A DNA stretch of 63,197 nt, filler included, from Trichomonas gallinae (Eukaryota): NCBI GenBank assembly GCA_008369845.1. It is 10 parts of 10 records of this genome, joined end to end, with 100 filler letters (N's around TTAATTAATTAA, not from the genome) between each part and the next. Parts side by side here need not be neighbours in the genome. Positions count along the whole stretch, not along the records: positions 17,169 to 33,396 come from MRSU01000125.1; 9 more parts are not named here. One strand, written 5' to 3'. Positions 21,500 to 33,193 of the stretch are shown one piece after another (the first letter of the stretch is position 1; each line of letters starts with the position of its first letter). Made by a program: the position numbers and the translations under genes. The notes under the pieces were generated by a model. It ran no database searches. It saw only the letters and a list, made by a program, of their open reading frames with translations, and had not been told where the DNA came from.

Positions 21500-22297
21500 T
21501 CATTCATATGCGCAGCCAGCATCCGACAAAACTTCCATTGCATCGTGTGCATGTTTATCGAGTGCGTCTCTAAGTGGAGTGTTTCCCCATTTGTTCTTGA
21601 AATTCTTTTCGATGCCTGGAGTATTTAAGAGAACTTTGCAGACTTCAGCTCTGTTTCCGAAGGCAGCCCAGTGCAGTGGAGTGTCCATGCGGTTCGTCAC
21701 TGCATTGACATCTATGAACTCCAGCGCGTACTTCACTCCTTCTATGCTTCCACTCACGCAAAACTTATGGAGGACTGTTGCACCTTGTTTATTTCTGCTG
21801 TGTATGTTGATGCCGTGCTTGTAGAGCTTTTGGACGAGGCCAACATCACCTCTGTATGCAGCTTCGTGCATTATATTGTTTCTATCTTCATCGCAAACGT
21901 CGCAATAACCTTCTAAGATTGCAAAAACTAATGCGAACTCATCATTTTCTTTGTTTATCTTTCTGAATATCTGGTATATTTCCATGTGATTTGATTGGAT
22001 CTTTTCAATTGCAATTAATGCTTGGATATTTGGATTATTTTCGATAACTTCTCTATTAAGTTCGCGAAATGTCTTTCTTTGTTCAAGTATTTCGGGATCT
22101 TCTTCGATTTGTTTATCATTGAGAAATGATTTATCTGTTTCTGTCTCAAATTGATTTTGATTGTAATCGAAATTTTCATTATCAAGTTGAGAATAATTGA
22201 TATCTGAGCTGGTTTCACGATTTTTAATCAAACGCATTGACTCGAAATCCACATTATCCGGCTGGTTCTCTTGATTATACGAAATCCAGCCTCCCAT
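21500..22297 (-). CDS. Ankyrin repeat protein
   Basis: NIMHEAAYRG, GATVLHKFC, DTPLHWAAFG and GNTPLRDA repeats; ATG 22297 directly after AAAGTGACA. Confidence 0.9.
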   Translation of the reverse strand: MGGWISYNQENQPDNVDFESMRLIKNRETSSDINYSQLDNENFDYNQNQFETETDKSFLNDKQIEEDPEILEQRKTFRELNREVIENNPNIQALIAIEKIQSNHMEIYQIFRKINKENDEFALVFAILEGYCDVCDEDRNNIMHEAAYRGDVGLVQKLYKHGINIHSRNKQGATVLHKFCVSGSIEGVKYALEFIDVNAVTNRMDTPLHWAAFGNRAEVCKVLLNTPGIEKNFKNKWGNTPLRDALDKHAHDAMEVLSDAGCAYE

Positions 22298-22490
22298 TGT
22301 CACTTTTTATATTTTTGACGAAATTTGACAAATAACTATATTCCAGAATTAAGTTCAAGCCATGATCATGTGATTTTTTTCTTTTTTAATTTTGAACAAT
22401 CATTGACGTTTTCGAATCAGTGTCAAATAACATTTTTGTCATAAAGAGACCTTGGAACAGGACGGCCAAAGCACGCAGAGTTGAGAGTAG

Positions 22491-22583
22491 ATATCTTCTT
22501 CGTATTCTTGCATATTTGGCCAGAAGATATACAAAGAATTGAATAACTTTTTTTTTATATATCTTCTTCGTATTCTTGCATAT
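22491..22583. repeat. 25-bp direct repeat
   Basis: ATATCTTCTTCGTATTCTTGCATAT at 22491-22515 and 22559-22583. Confidence 0.85.
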
Positions 22584-22813
22584 CTAATGACACAGTAAAG
22601 TAATTTTCAAGGACAGTATACTACAGTGGCCGCAAAAAGGGAAATTAACATTTTCTCAATTGAGATGGATACATTATTTACTTTTCATATCCTATACGGT
22701 AGATTTTCTGTAGTTTTGATATGTATATTTCTTTACGTGTCATGTTGCGCTCAGTGGCAAAAAATTTTGGAATAAAAGATTGATAAAGATTTCTGATTTA
22801 TTTCGAATTTTCA

Positions 22814-23545
22814 ATGTTTTTGCTTGTTTTTATTGCTTCCTGTGAGCAAGGGCCGTCATTTCTTGATGGTTTGCACGAGAAATACGAACCAACAGACGAG
22901 AACGTTGAAATTGTCACGAAACACTCGAGATCTATGATGGATGGGAAAAAAGCCAAACCGAAAAATCGATTAAAGCCTGCATTTCCCGAGAAGAACCTAG
23001 AGGATGAGTACTTCAAGAAGTCTCCAGTGGAATACGATGAGATTTTCGATGAATTTTCCGTAGAAAAAGAGAATCCAGAAGTTCAACCGTCTAAACAGAA
23101 TTCAATAGCTTTAGATGATTTCTCACACTACACCAAGCTTATTGCCATCTCTCCATTCCGTCTTATAGCTGGAAGAACAGAAGATATCTCATTCGAATTA
23201 CAGCCAACTTCATTTAAGTTCGGTTATGGCAAGTTTGATGAAAAAGTAGTTCATTGCAATCTTGATGCACGCTCCAGAATGATCTGCCCTTCACCTCGAC
23301 TGAAACCTGGAGAAATCAAAGTTTCTTTCTCGCGAGATAACCAATCCTGGACAAATGCAGTTCCTGCTTTTGTTTATAGAACTAATTTCTTCGTTCAATG
23401 GGTTGTTGTTTTTATTTTTTTAATTTTAGTTACAGGAGGATCTATAGCTGTATTCATGATCATTTCTGGTCGATTTGAGTTCAAATTCTCTTCAAAGAAG
23501 CCTGCTGCTTTAGTGAATAGTGCAGCAACTTCCGAACTTCCATAA
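22814..23545 (+). CDS. Single-pass membrane protein with signal peptide and IPT/TIG-like Ig domain
   Basis: MFLLVFIASC leader; ISPFRLIAG...MICPSPRLKPGEIKVSFSRDNQSW (TIG-like); TM segment WVVVFIFLILVTGGSIAVFMII. Confidence 0.7.
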   Translation: MFLLVFIASCEQGPSFLDGLHEKYEPTDENVEIVTKHSRSMMDGKKAKPKNRLKPAFPEKNLEDEYFKKSPVEYDEIFDEFSVEKENPEVQPSKQNSIALDDFSHYTKLIAISPFRLIAGRTEDISFELQPTSFKFGYGKFDEKVVHCNLDARSRMICPSPRLKPGEIKVSFSRDNQSWTNAVPAFVYRTNFFVQWVVVFIFLILVTGGSIAVFMIISGRFEFKFSSKKPAALVNSAATSELP

Positions 23546-23900
23546 TTTCCTTCTTTGTTGTTCATTTTAGAATATGTGTGCAAATACTAACTCGATTTTA
23601 ACTTGTTTGATCTACAAAACATAGATCATTATTGTTTTTTTCAACTATTGCTGATTAAAAATCATGAATCATCAAATATAACTCTTTGTATAATCTTAAC
23701 TGCAGATAAAATGTATAAATATGTGCATTAATTGCTTCAATTTTCAAATAAAATTTTTGGGAATTAATAAATATAGCAAGTAATAAAATTTGAAGATTAA
23801 TTTAGGTTTTTCTAATGATATATAATTTATTTATGGTCTTATTTTTGATTTTTATATTTTACCCCTTTTTAAATTCGCCAGACCCTAAAAAATAAATAAT

Positions 23901-24953
23901 ATGGCTCAAAAAGATCAATCTGCGCCAAAAGAGAAAAAGATTTCCGTAGAAGATCTCTTTCCAAGTTTTGTCAAAGTAGAAAACTTGCATGAGCAATATA
24001 TCCATATCCGACACGTTCAACATATACTTCAAAAATCAGGAGAAAAGGAAGAAACCAAGAATTTATTCAATGAATTTACGCAACTAAGTAAAATCAGTAT
24101 AATTCGTAAAGCTATTTTCGTTCTTGTAGTTCCAATTACAAAATCAACAAAAATATCTATGGAATATCTTATAGATATTCTTGAGTCAAAGGAAAAATTC
24201 AATGAAAATTTGCAACTTAATTTCGCTCTCCAACTTATAGAAGCTGGTGTCATTTTAAAACGCATTGAAGATATTTATACCAAAGAAATCATTCAAAAAC
24301 TGTTTCATCAAGACAAAGAATTGTTTGCTCCTGCATATTTGAACATCAGATATTTGATAAATGATCCTGTTTCTCATGAAAATCCAGATTTTCACGTTAT
24401 CTCTAAAAATTACAGAATTAATGCTATGACGCAGTTCCATCTCGGAAAGAATGCATTACATCTTGGAAATTATCAAATTGCTAAAGAACTTTTCCTTCAT
24501 TCAATTGCATTCGCTAGAAATCATATTTCTATCAAGCAAACAGCTGCAATTTATCTCAATTTAGCCTGCTACTTGTTACATGACTCAAGATATGTTTTCG
24601 AACAGCTCCGTCCTAAAGATGTTGAAGTTCCAAATGATTTCCTTAGAATTTGGGACATTTATGATATTCCATTTATACTAGATCCTCCATCTGGATACAA
24701 TCGCTTTATTGAAAACATCAAATTAGAACACACTGTTCGTGTAATTTTAGATTATGCCCAAACTTGCCGGAAAATGCCATTACATGTGTTGAAAGATGAC
24801 TGTGAACAATATTACCAGAAAGCCATGGAGTTTATTGAATCAACAAAAGAATTTGAAATCAAAATTACTGATGATGGAATTGTGGAATTTTCTGAGAACT
24901 TTATTGAACCACCACAGTTCACTGTGGAACAACTGCATGAAAAAATGTCGTAA
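23901..24953 (+). CDS. Hypothetical helical-repeat protein, possibly PCI-domain (COP9/proteasome lid-like)
   Basis: 350-aa ORF with a TPR-like FHLGKNALHLGNYQIAKELF segment and C-terminal IKITDDGIVEF reminiscent of a PCI winged helix; family call is tentative. Confidence 0.6.
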   Translation: MAQKDQSAPKEKKISVEDLFPSFVKVENLHEQYIHIRHVQHILQKSGEKEETKNLFNEFTQLSKISIIRKAIFVLVVPITKSTKISMEYLIDILESKEKFNENLQLNFALQLIEAGVILKRIEDIYTKEIIQKLFHQDKELFAPAYLNIRYLINDPVSHENPDFHVISKNYRINAMTQFHLGKNALHLGNYQIAKELFLHSIAFARNHISIKQTAAIYLNLACYLLHDSRYVFEQLRPKDVEVPNDFLRIWDIYDIPFILDPPSGYNRFIENIKLEHTVRVILDYAQTCRKMPLHVLKDDCEQYYQKAMEFIESTKEFEIKITDDGIVEFSENFIEPPQFTVEQLHEKMS

Positions 24954-25164
24954 TTTTTAAATTATTGCATATTTATACATAAAATGCTTGTTCATAGTCT
25001 TGAAAACCTTTATATTGCGTAATTATTGAATTGTAAGTTGTGATTTCAATGTTAAATCTAATAAATGATATTTTTTTGTTTTATGTGCATAAACTTTAAA
25101 AAGGATGTGTTACTATATATTATAAAGCATGAATTAGAGATATTAAAATCATAATTTATTAAAG

Positions 25165-26127
25165 ATGTCGTCGAAATTTATCTCAATATATCAGAATTAT
25201 CAAAATCAGCATCCAAATCCAGTTCCAAACCTTCATAGTCTTGATTTAGATGGCATTGCATCATATATTAAAGAAGGAAATGCAAAAAAAATCTTGATAT
25301 TTTCTGGAGCAGGGACTTCTGTTGCATCTGGGATTCCAGACTTCAGATCCCCTAAAATAGGACTGTATAACAAATTGAAAAAGTACAATTTGCCGCGTCC
25401 TGAATCAATTTTTACAAGAGAATATTTTAAATATCATCCAGAACCATTTTTCTCGCTCATTAAAGACTTCCTTCCTGGGAAATTCAAGCCATCGCCTGCT
25501 CATTTTCTGGCAAAAATATTCGAAAATCATGGAATTTTATTAAGACATTATTCGCAGAATTTTGATGGTTTAGACAAAGCAGCTGGATTATCTCAAGATA
25601 AATTGATTGAATGGCATGGAACATTTGACACAGCTAAGTGTTTAAAATGTGGTAGAAAATTTATGCTCGAAGAAATAAGAGAAACAATAGAAAATGACGA
25701 AATTCCAAGGTGCAACTGCAAAGGAATAATACAGCCAGATATCTTGTTATATGGTGATGATAATCCTGATGATCTTTATAATCAATTGGAAGTTGATGTT
25801 TTAACGGCAGATTTGCTTATTGTTATGGGTACTTCGCTTAAAGTTGAGCCATTTCCAAGCATGATCGAATATATTCAAGAAAATGTTCCTAGATTGCTAA
25901 TTAACAATGAAGCGGTGTGTACATATAATGAGAAACTTTCAGTGAAGGATAATGCTGTTATTGAAACAGGAAAAGAAAAGAAAACAAAGCTTTTTAAATT
26001 TAATCATTTTTTCAACACGCGTGATGTCTACATTCCAGGCGATATCCAACAGTCAGTGTGTTCACTTATCGAAAAACTTGGTTGTACTGAAGAATTACAG
26101 ACATTAATGGAAAATATCGAAAATTAA
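25165..26127 (+). CDS. Sir2-family NAD-dependent deacetylase (class I, SIRT2/Hst2-like)
   Basis: GAGTSVASGIPDFRSP, YSQNFDGL, HGT, CLKC...CNC zinc site and GTSLKVEPF. Confidence 0.95.
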   Translation: MSSKFISIYQNYQNQHPNPVPNLHSLDLDGIASYIKEGNAKKILIFSGAGTSVASGIPDFRSPKIGLYNKLKKYNLPRPESIFTREYFKYHPEPFFSLIKDFLPGKFKPSPAHFLAKIFENHGILLRHYSQNFDGLDKAAGLSQDKLIEWHGTFDTAKCLKCGRKFMLEEIRETIENDEIPRCNCKGIIQPDILLYGDDNPDDLYNQLEVDVLTADLLIVMGTSLKVEPFPSMIEYIQENVPRLLINNEAVCTYNEKLSVKDNAVIETGKEKKTKLFKFNHFFNTRDVYIPGDIQQSVCSLIEKLGCTEELQTLMENIEN

Positions 26128-26164
26128 TATGATACATTATAATATTTAATCTGAAGATAGAACT

Positions 26165-27178
26165 TTAGAAATCAAATTTCTTGAAAAATTCTATCATTTG
26201 CAAAGTTTTTGCATATTGTTTCGGAGTCATATTTCTCACATTAACGGCCATCAGGTTTGCTCCATTGTCAATGAGATATTCGGCAACAGGTACCGAATCT
26301 CCGAAGACAGCACAGAAAAGCGGCGTTGTTCCATTTTGATCAGGAATATTAAGTTTTGCCCCAAGTTCTACTAATCTCTTAACTGCATCCAAATGTCCGT
26401 TAAGAGAAGCGAATGAAATTGCTGTACTTCCTGCGTTATTTTGGATATTCACATCTGCTCCTTTGTCAACAAGGAGACTGATGGTTTCTGTATGTCCTCT
26501 TTCAGCTGCAAGCATCAAGGCTGTACTTCCTAAACCTGATTTCTCATCAACGACTGATCCTTCATTTAATAAAAATCTTGTGCAATCGAAATTTCCATTC
26601 CAAGCTGCGAGCATTAGCGGTGTCATTCCATTTTCATCAGTTACTTTAAGTAAATCTTTGCTTTTTGTAATCCCACCGACAATTGTCTTTAAATCGCCAG
26701 CACTTGCTGCTCTGAGTATCTCTGCTGGTGTGTAATCCTTGTCTGCAACTTCTAATGCCTTTTGCCTGTCAATTTCAATGAGTTTAGTAAAGATTCTTTC
26801 TGAATCTGCCTTTAATGACTCTACATATGCATTTTGAGGTCCGTTTGCGATTTTCTGCAAGACTGGAGCATTCATTATTGTGCCAATGAGTGCACACAAG
26901 TCCGAAAACTCACATTTTGGATCGACATCTAAAGCAGTGAAAAGAAAAATTGCATCAGACTTGTATGCCTGATAAGCTTTGGACATAAGTATCTTTGCTG
27001 TGTTAATTTTGACTGGTGAAGTCTTTTTAATTAAATCGACCAAACATTTAATCGGAAGATTATACAATGAATCTACAACTACAGCATCATCGATCTTTTT
27101 GATGACATCTGGTACAAGTGTATTGTATCCTTCCTGATCATTAACAAGAGAAACCAAAGAATTGATAAGGTTCTCCAT
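26165..27178 (-). CDS. Ankyrin repeat protein
   Basis: GMTPLMLAAWNG, GSTALMLAAERG, GSTAISFASLNG and GTTPLFCAV repeats. Confidence 0.92.
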   Translation of the reverse strand: MENLINSLVSLVNDQEGYNTLVPDVIKKIDDAVVVDSLYNLPIKCLVDLIKKTSPVKINTAKILMSKAYQAYKSDAIFLFTALDVDPKCEFSDLCALIGTIMNAPVLQKIANGPQNAYVESLKADSERIFTKLIEIDRQKALEVADKDYTPAEILRAASAGDLKTIVGGITKSKDLLKVTDENGMTPLMLAAWNGNFDCTRFLLNEGSVVDEKSGLGSTALMLAAERGHTETISLLVDKGADVNIQNNAGSTAISFASLNGHLDAVKRLVELGAKLNIPDQNGTTPLFCAVFGDSVPVAEYLIDNGANLMAVNVRNMTPKQYAKTLQMIEFFKKFDF

Positions 27179-27489
27179 TGTGAAATGACAAAAATATTTT
27201 ACATGACATATTACGTGGCAAAATATTATATTTACATGTCAAATTGGAATCATATAGATTCATATAGATTTTATATTACACACACTATATATTATCTGAC
27301 TGCTACTGAGTTGCAGCGACAATTCTGAAGGAGAATAAACTAATCGATTCAATTATGATATATTTTGCGTTTAGAATTATTGTTTGTGGTACATTATCAA
27401 GTATTCATATGATTGCTTAGGTATTTTCTTGAAAAAAAAAAAATATAAATAATGGGTTTTGTTACAAGAAAAAGAAAACAAATGAGTTT

Positions 27490-28512
27490 TTACTCTTGGA
27501 GCTGATAAACAATACAAACTATGTTAGAAGAACATTGGATTTCGGACTTTGTAACTTCAATATTACCATCATTGCATATATATGAAAATGAGGCATTTCT
27601 TTGCTCATCTGAAGAAATGCAAGCGTATCCAGCAAGTTTGTAATTCATGATCGGATAAACTTTTCGATATTTTTCTATAACTGCATTTGATTTTTCACTT
27701 GTTGTAGGATCTTTTTCTGCCAATGATTTCCATGCAATACACCTTCCAAAGGTTTTGGTAACTGATTCTTCAGTTCCATTTGTAGGAAGATAAACATTAT
27801 CTGGTAATTTTATATCAGAATTGATAATTTTATTTTCAACACCAGTGAATATAATCAGTTTTGCTGGAGAAATATAAGCATCTTTTTCGATAGAATGAAA
27901 AATTGAATTTTGGATTTCGCTTGTTTTGCTAATATTATATATCATATCAAAAGGTTGTATCGATGACATCATTTTTGAAGAAAGAGTTTGATGAAGAGGA
28001 TTGATTTCTTGATTGATAATAAATTGATATGTTTTTTCTTCTTCTTTTGGCTGAACAAGACACATCCATGTAAATGCTACGTCTGTTACATATAAAATTT
28101 CTTTATAAAACTCGAACAACGATGTGATTTTGCGCTTTTCAACAAAATATTCGATAAATCCGAAATAATCTTTTCCAGCTTTGCATTTTTGTGTTGCTGA
28201 TACAAGTCTTGATGTTAGATCAATGCATTCTTTGTATTGATTAAAATGATCATTTCCGGCAGATTCGGGAACGACTGTAGAATCTTTTTGATCTTGAATA
28301 TTTTTCAGAATATCGATTTTTATAATATCAGCAAACTCTTTCGTTGAAGCTAGCAACAAAAAAGCATTTTGATAAATCGAAGTTGGTGAAACTATCTGAT
28401 TTGTAGAGAAAAACTGCTGATTTTGATCTAGTTGCGCGTTTGAATTCAAATAAGAATAAATTTGTTCGTTAGAACAAAAGTTTTCTTTAAGAATATCTAA
28501 ATTCGATGACAT
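27490..28512 (-). CDS. Hypothetical protein
   Basis: 340-aa ATG-started ORF; no family recognised. Confidence 0.7.
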   Translation of the reverse strand: MSSNLDILKENFCSNEQIYSYLNSNAQLDQNQQFFSTNQIVSPTSIYQNAFLLLASTKEFADIIKIDILKNIQDQKDSTVVPESAGNDHFNQYKECIDLTSRLVSATQKCKAGKDYFGFIEYFVEKRKITSLFEFYKEILYVTDVAFTWMCLVQPKEEEKTYQFIINQEINPLHQTLSSKMMSSIQPFDMIYNISKTSEIQNSIFHSIEKDAYISPAKLIIFTGVENKIINSDIKLPDNVYLPTNGTEESVTKTFGRCIAWKSLAEKDPTTSEKSNAVIEKYRKVYPIMNYKLAGYACISSDEQRNASFSYICNDGNIEVTKSEIQCSSNIVCIVYQLQE

Positions 28513-29042
28513 TGATTTTTTGACAGCTTACATGTCAAAAAAAATTTCTCATTCATTTGCTAATTATTAAGACAATATATGAGATAATTTTCAATAGTAT
28601 AATGAATATAAAATCTTTTAGCTTCTATATATAAGTTTTATAATAGCCTTAGTCTTATTATTAAATTTCAAAAATATAATTGTGTTCATTTGTCATGGAT
28701 TTGCATACTTTCATCATAGCGAATTGATATATAAATCGTCGTTAGTCATACTAGCGTAAAATAATTTGCAGCGGCAAAAAATGAAGATTAAAATCCACCC
28801 AATAACATATCATCGTATTGTAAAATATCATTTAAATTAAATGATGACATCAAAACATGCCAATTTCGATAATAAATTGGGCAACGAAATCAAATTATAA
28901 TTTAAATGACCTAATTTTTGCGATTTTGGGTTCTTTTATGTCTATAGGTTATAAAAAGAGAATAATTTTTGTGATAATCAAATAAAAATTTTTGAGGACG
29001 TTTGTAAAGTTGCGGGAAAAAAAACTCGTTATTTCAGAAAAC

Positions 29043-29537
29043 ATGTTTCGCGCCATTCCCGAAGTCAGCCGAATCTGCTCCATGCAGGAGCGCTCGAGGC
29101 AGTACAAGCTCCACCTCGAAGCTCTCCAGAAGATAAAGAATCAGAATGCGATTAAACGCGCGGCCTCTGCTCAAGCTAATTTAATGAAAAAGCCGCTCAG
29201 GCCAGTTTCTCTTCACGGAAAAGCCCAGAGAGAGGAACAGCAGAGAATTACATACGAGAACGAGAAAATGTACCACGCCATTGTCTACAGGACCTCTTAT
29301 ATTAATCGCGCCGACTTTTTGGAACATGAGCGCGATCACGAGCACCAGGTTTGGCGCATGACCCACAAGGGTATCGGATCATACGGATTTAGCGATCCAA
29401 ACGCCAAGAAGAAGCGTCAAGATGATTTCAAATCAAAATCTTCGGCAATACACAGCGCAGCTCCAGAAGAAGAGACTGCGAGCCAGAAGCCAGAAAATGA
29501 GACTGGAGCTCAGGAAGAAACCCAGCCAGAGAATTAG
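29043..29537 (+). CDS. CFAP97/hemingway-like flagellar-associated protein (tentative)
   Basis: YKLHLEALQKIK...EQQRITYENEKMYHAI pattern resembles the KIAA1430/CFAP97 domain; first ATG at 29043. Confidence 0.55.
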   Translation: MFRAIPEVSRICSMQERSRQYKLHLEALQKIKNQNAIKRAASAQANLMKKPLRPVSLHGKAQREEQQRITYENEKMYHAIVYRTSYINRADFLEHERDHEHQVWRMTHKGIGSYGFSDPNAKKKRQDDFKSKSSAIHSAAPEEETASQKPENETGAQEETQPEN

Positions 29538-29977
29538 GCATCAGAGAAGTAAGCGAATACAAAAGTTAAATACTGTTCATTGAAAATAGGCTCTTAATCT
29601 GGAGAGTAGACGTAACTGTTATATGAAAAAAGAATTAAGGTAAAAATTAATCTGTTAAGAATCTATTTGTGTCTTAATTTTCTCATTTTTATGGCATATA
29701 ATGTATATCATCAAACCGCTGGCTCTACATTTTTTGAATAATTCAATTCTAAATTTTTATATGCTTTATGAAAGCATTTCAAGTTAAATACAGTATATAC
29801 AACTAGAATATATTATAATAATGCAAAACCAATTCAAAACCTTTAATCAATTGAAAATAATAATAAAAATTTTCAACAATATTAAGATTGGAGCTCGCAG
29901 TACTGCTGCATCAATAATAGATTATTATCGCGAAAGTTGATAAAATCAGGTAATTTTATTATATAAAATAAAGTACT

Positions 29978-30766
29978 TTATTCGTCATCGTCAAGTAAGT
30001 CAACATTAAACATTGTGCTACGGGTGATTCCCTGAGCTTTGAGTTTCTTATTATCATCAAGTGTTGTTCCAAGACCTTGCTTGAGCTCAAATTTATACGG
30101 AGTACCATCCTCTTTGAACATTTGGTCCTGAGCGGCGACAAATATTTTAAGATCGCGAATATAAGAATCAGGACTGAATTTACGAACAGCTTTTGAACCA
30201 TCATAAAAATGGAAACCAATTCTAACGCCATCAGCAGGCTCTGGCGGGAGTTGTTTTGCGCGCTTTTGGAGTTCTGCTTTAGATTTAAATGATTTTGAAA
30301 CAGCTTGTTTTGCTGCTGCTACAGCGGCTTCCTCGGCCTCTTTTTGTTCTTTCTCTAACCTAGCCTGTTCTTGCTTCTGTTTTTCAAACTGTTGATTAAG
30401 GGCTCTTTGATAAGCACTATTTTGCTCGTGGCGAATTTGTCCTGATTCAGTACGTGGTGGTAATGGTCTATTTCTACCAGATTGTCCAGATGGTTGAGCT
30501 GGTGATGGATTTGGATTTCTATTTCTTTGTGGTTCTGGTTTAATGATTTGTGGCGATTGCACTCTTGGTTTATATGATGATTCTATTGATGCCTGAAGTG
30601 CAGATATCATTTCTGGATCTGTTTCCGGTTCTAATCCAACTGCAAGGAAATTTGTAACGTATTCCAGAAAATCATCGAGACTCATTTGAGCCAGCTGGTT
30701 GTAGTCGCGGACTATATCGTTTTCTAGAAAAGTATTATACCATTTCAATCTCTCTATATCAGCCAT
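29978..30766 (-). CDS. UBX domain protein (p97/Cdc48 cofactor)
   Basis: IRHEQNSAYQRAL coiled coil then LPPEPADGVRIGFHFYDGSKAVRKF...LKAQGI UBX domain. Confidence 0.85.
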   Translation of the reverse strand: MADIERLKWYNTFLENDIVRDYNQLAQMSLDDFLEYVTNFLAVGLEPETDPEMISALQASIESSYKPRVQSPQIIKPEPQRNRNPNPSPAQPSGQSGRNRPLPPRTESGQIRHEQNSAYQRALNQQFEKQKQEQARLEKEQKEAEEAAVAAAKQAVSKSFKSKAELQKRAKQLPPEPADGVRIGFHFYDGSKAVRKFSPDSYIRDLKIFVAAQDQMFKEDGTPYKFELKQGLGTTLDDNKKLKAQGITRSTMFNVDLLDDDE

Positions 30767-31203
30767 TTATAATTTTTGGAGAAAAAAAAAAATTGTTCAA
30801 ATTGAGTTATTCAAAAAAAAATTTTTTTTTATTGGCAAATTTTTGTTGTCCAACGATTATAAAAATTTTCGAATTGATCAACGTTGATCAATATGTTTTA
30901 CTCGGTGTTATAATACTACATAGTGAGTAGATAGATATGCTTATCTCGTAAAGCCGTACTCCATTAGTGGTCGTAGAAAATTTTATTATTCGTATCTATG
31001 AATTCTTGACTATCTGTAAAATTTGACATGTAAAATGTTATGATTATATAACCTTAATTTGTAGGTAAATCTTTTCAAGTGATATGTCAACTACTAACAA
31101 AAGATAGAATAATTTATTAACAAAAAAACATAAAACAAATGAAATAAGTTGGTAAATATTTCTAATATTAAACTCTATATTAGCTAAGCAATGCATTTCT
31201 TCC

Positions 31204-32709
31204 TCATAATGGTTGGGTTTGGTTTGACTTATGGACTTCTTCGACGAAATTAATTAATGATTCTGGAGGTTCAATGCCAGTCAGCAAAAAGTGCTGTAAG
31301 AGTTTATCTGCAGACTCAAAGTCTCTTGGTGTCAAGAGAGTAATCGCAACGCCGCTTCTTCCTGCTCTTGCTGTTCTTCCAACTCTGTGCACATAACTTT
31401 CTGGCTGTTCTGGGATGTCAACATTAACTACACAGTTAACTTCAGGTACATCAACACCTCTTGCTGCAATTTCAGTTGCAATTAAAAATCTTGCCTCACC
31501 TTTTTTGAATTTAGTGAATGCTTTTGAGCGCTGCTGATTATCCATCGTTCCATGTATAAGAGTAATAGACTGAGTGACTTTTTTGAGGATTCCATACAAT
31601 GTATCGCAGAAACTTCTGTCTTTAACAAATAGAAGAACTAAGCCTTCGGGTAAGTTAAGTAAATTCGTCTTTATCCATTCCCTTTTTTCTGCTGGATCTT
31701 CAAAAATAATAAATCTATGCTCAATATTCGCTTGTGGAGCTCCTGTGCGGCCAATTGTCACCCTTGTTGCGAACTTCAGCGAATTTATTGAAAGCTCCTC
31801 GATTTGAGGTGGTAATGTTGCACCAAATAATAATGTTTGGCGATCTGGCCTAATATAGTCCATAATAGAGCGCAATTGTCTCAAAAATCCTGTTTCGAAT
31901 ATTCTGTCCGCTTCATCAACAACAACATACGTGCAATATTTCCAATCAATTGATTTCAAGAAATTCATGAGCCTTCCTGGCGTTCCAACGACAATATCTG
32001 TGCCTTTTTCAATAGAAGAATGCTGCTTATGTTTCATTTGTCCAGAAGTGAGCTCAACACATTTTATCTCTGTTTTTTTGACTAATTGATGCAAAACAAG
32101 AGATGTTTGGTGTGCGAGGATTTCGGTTGGAGATATGATCAATGCTGTAGGACCTGGCTGTTTTCCTTGAGCTAAAACGTGAAATAAAAGCGGAATTAAA
32201 AAACAAAGTGTTTTTCCTGTTCCTGTTGGTGACACGACAATAAGATTGTTTCCATTGATTGCTATAGGAAGTACTTGTGCTTGTACAGGTGTCGGTTTGT
32301 TGATTGCGTGTTCAATGAAAAAATCTTCTAATTCTGGACGATTTTCTATGTAAGGATCAAAAGATAATACGGGTAATATGTCGCATCCATAAATGCTAAT
32401 TTCATTAATTGATTTGTATTCGTTTGCATCTTCTTCATCGAGATAATAATCTTTTAATTCTTTAAATGTTGAATTTCTTTTGAAAGATGGATACAAAATC
32501 TTAGAGTGATCTGGTGGTAATACGTATTCTGGTTCTTCATCTTCATTTTTGTTCTTATTTCCTTCTTCATCTTCGAATTGTCCGGGCAAAGTAAAAGATC
32601 GAGCTTTTTCTTCGGGATTTTCCGAATCTGAGCTAGAAAAGTCGACTTCCTCTGTCTTAACTTTATCATCTAATCCATCAAAAAAATCATCTAAAGGATC
32701 TTTTTCCAT
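31204..32709 (-). CDS. DEAD-box RNA helicase (DDX42-like)
   Basis: Q motif PTPVQ, PTGTGKT, PTEILA, GTPGRL, DEAD, GAT, ARGVD and HRVGRTARAG. Confidence 0.95.
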   Translation of the reverse strand: MEKDPLDDFFDGLDDKVKTEEVDFSSSDSENPEEKARSFTLPGQFEDEEGNKNKNEDEEPEYVLPPDHSKILYPSFKRNSTFKELKDYYLDEEDANEYKSINEISIYGCDILPVLSFDPYIENRPELEDFFIEHAINKPTPVQAQVLPIAINGNNLIVVSPTGTGKTLCFLIPLLFHVLAQGKQPGPTALIISPTEILAHQTSLVLHQLVKKTEIKCVELTSGQMKHKQHSSIEKGTDIVVGTPGRLMNFLKSIDWKYCTYVVVDEADRIFETGFLRQLRSIMDYIRPDRQTLLFGATLPPQIEELSINSLKFATRVTIGRTGAPQANIEHRFIIFEDPAEKREWIKTNLLNLPEGLVLLFVKDRSFCDTLYGILKKVTQSITLIHGTMDNQQRSKAFTKFKKGEARFLIATEIAARGVDVPEVNCVVNVDIPEQPESYVHRVGRTARAGRSGVAITLLTPRDFESADKLLQHFLLTGIEPPESLINFVEEVHKSNQTQPL

Positions 32710-33180
32710 TTTAGCTTATTAAGGGGCTGACACTAATATTTTGTCATGTAAATTTTTTAAATTTTCAAATATCAGATTACTTGCATAAGAATTGTTTATA
32801 ATTAATCTAACATTGAGTTTTGCATTAATATTCGAATTATATCCGTTTTAGCTTTTGAAACGCCTAAGAATAAGTATATCACGCAATTACAAAGTAGACT
32901 TTCTTGAACAAATTGAAATTTTGATTTATCAGTTTTTGAGTGAGAATTTTTGACGAATGAACTTACATGGCAAAATTTGACCTGTCCTTAAAAACGGTCT
33001 TTTATTGAATAGAATTGAAGCAATCTGCAATGTTTAACACTGACTTTGCCCAGATATTATAGCAATTCATATGAATTAAAAATGATGAGAAATATATTAA
33101 ATATGAATCTTGACATGTAAAATATAAAATTTGGCATGTAAATTTGTCAGATATAGAATTGATTGCTATCGTTTGGTCGG

Positions 33181-33185
33181 CCTTT
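33181..33185 (+). promoter_or_regulatory. CCTTT (M5-type) core promoter element
   Basis: CCTTTTT ~10 nt upstream of the RPL27 ATG; CCTTT is the alternative initiator known from T. vaginalis ribosomal protein genes. Confidence 0.5.
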
Positions 33186-33193
33186 TTCGATCA

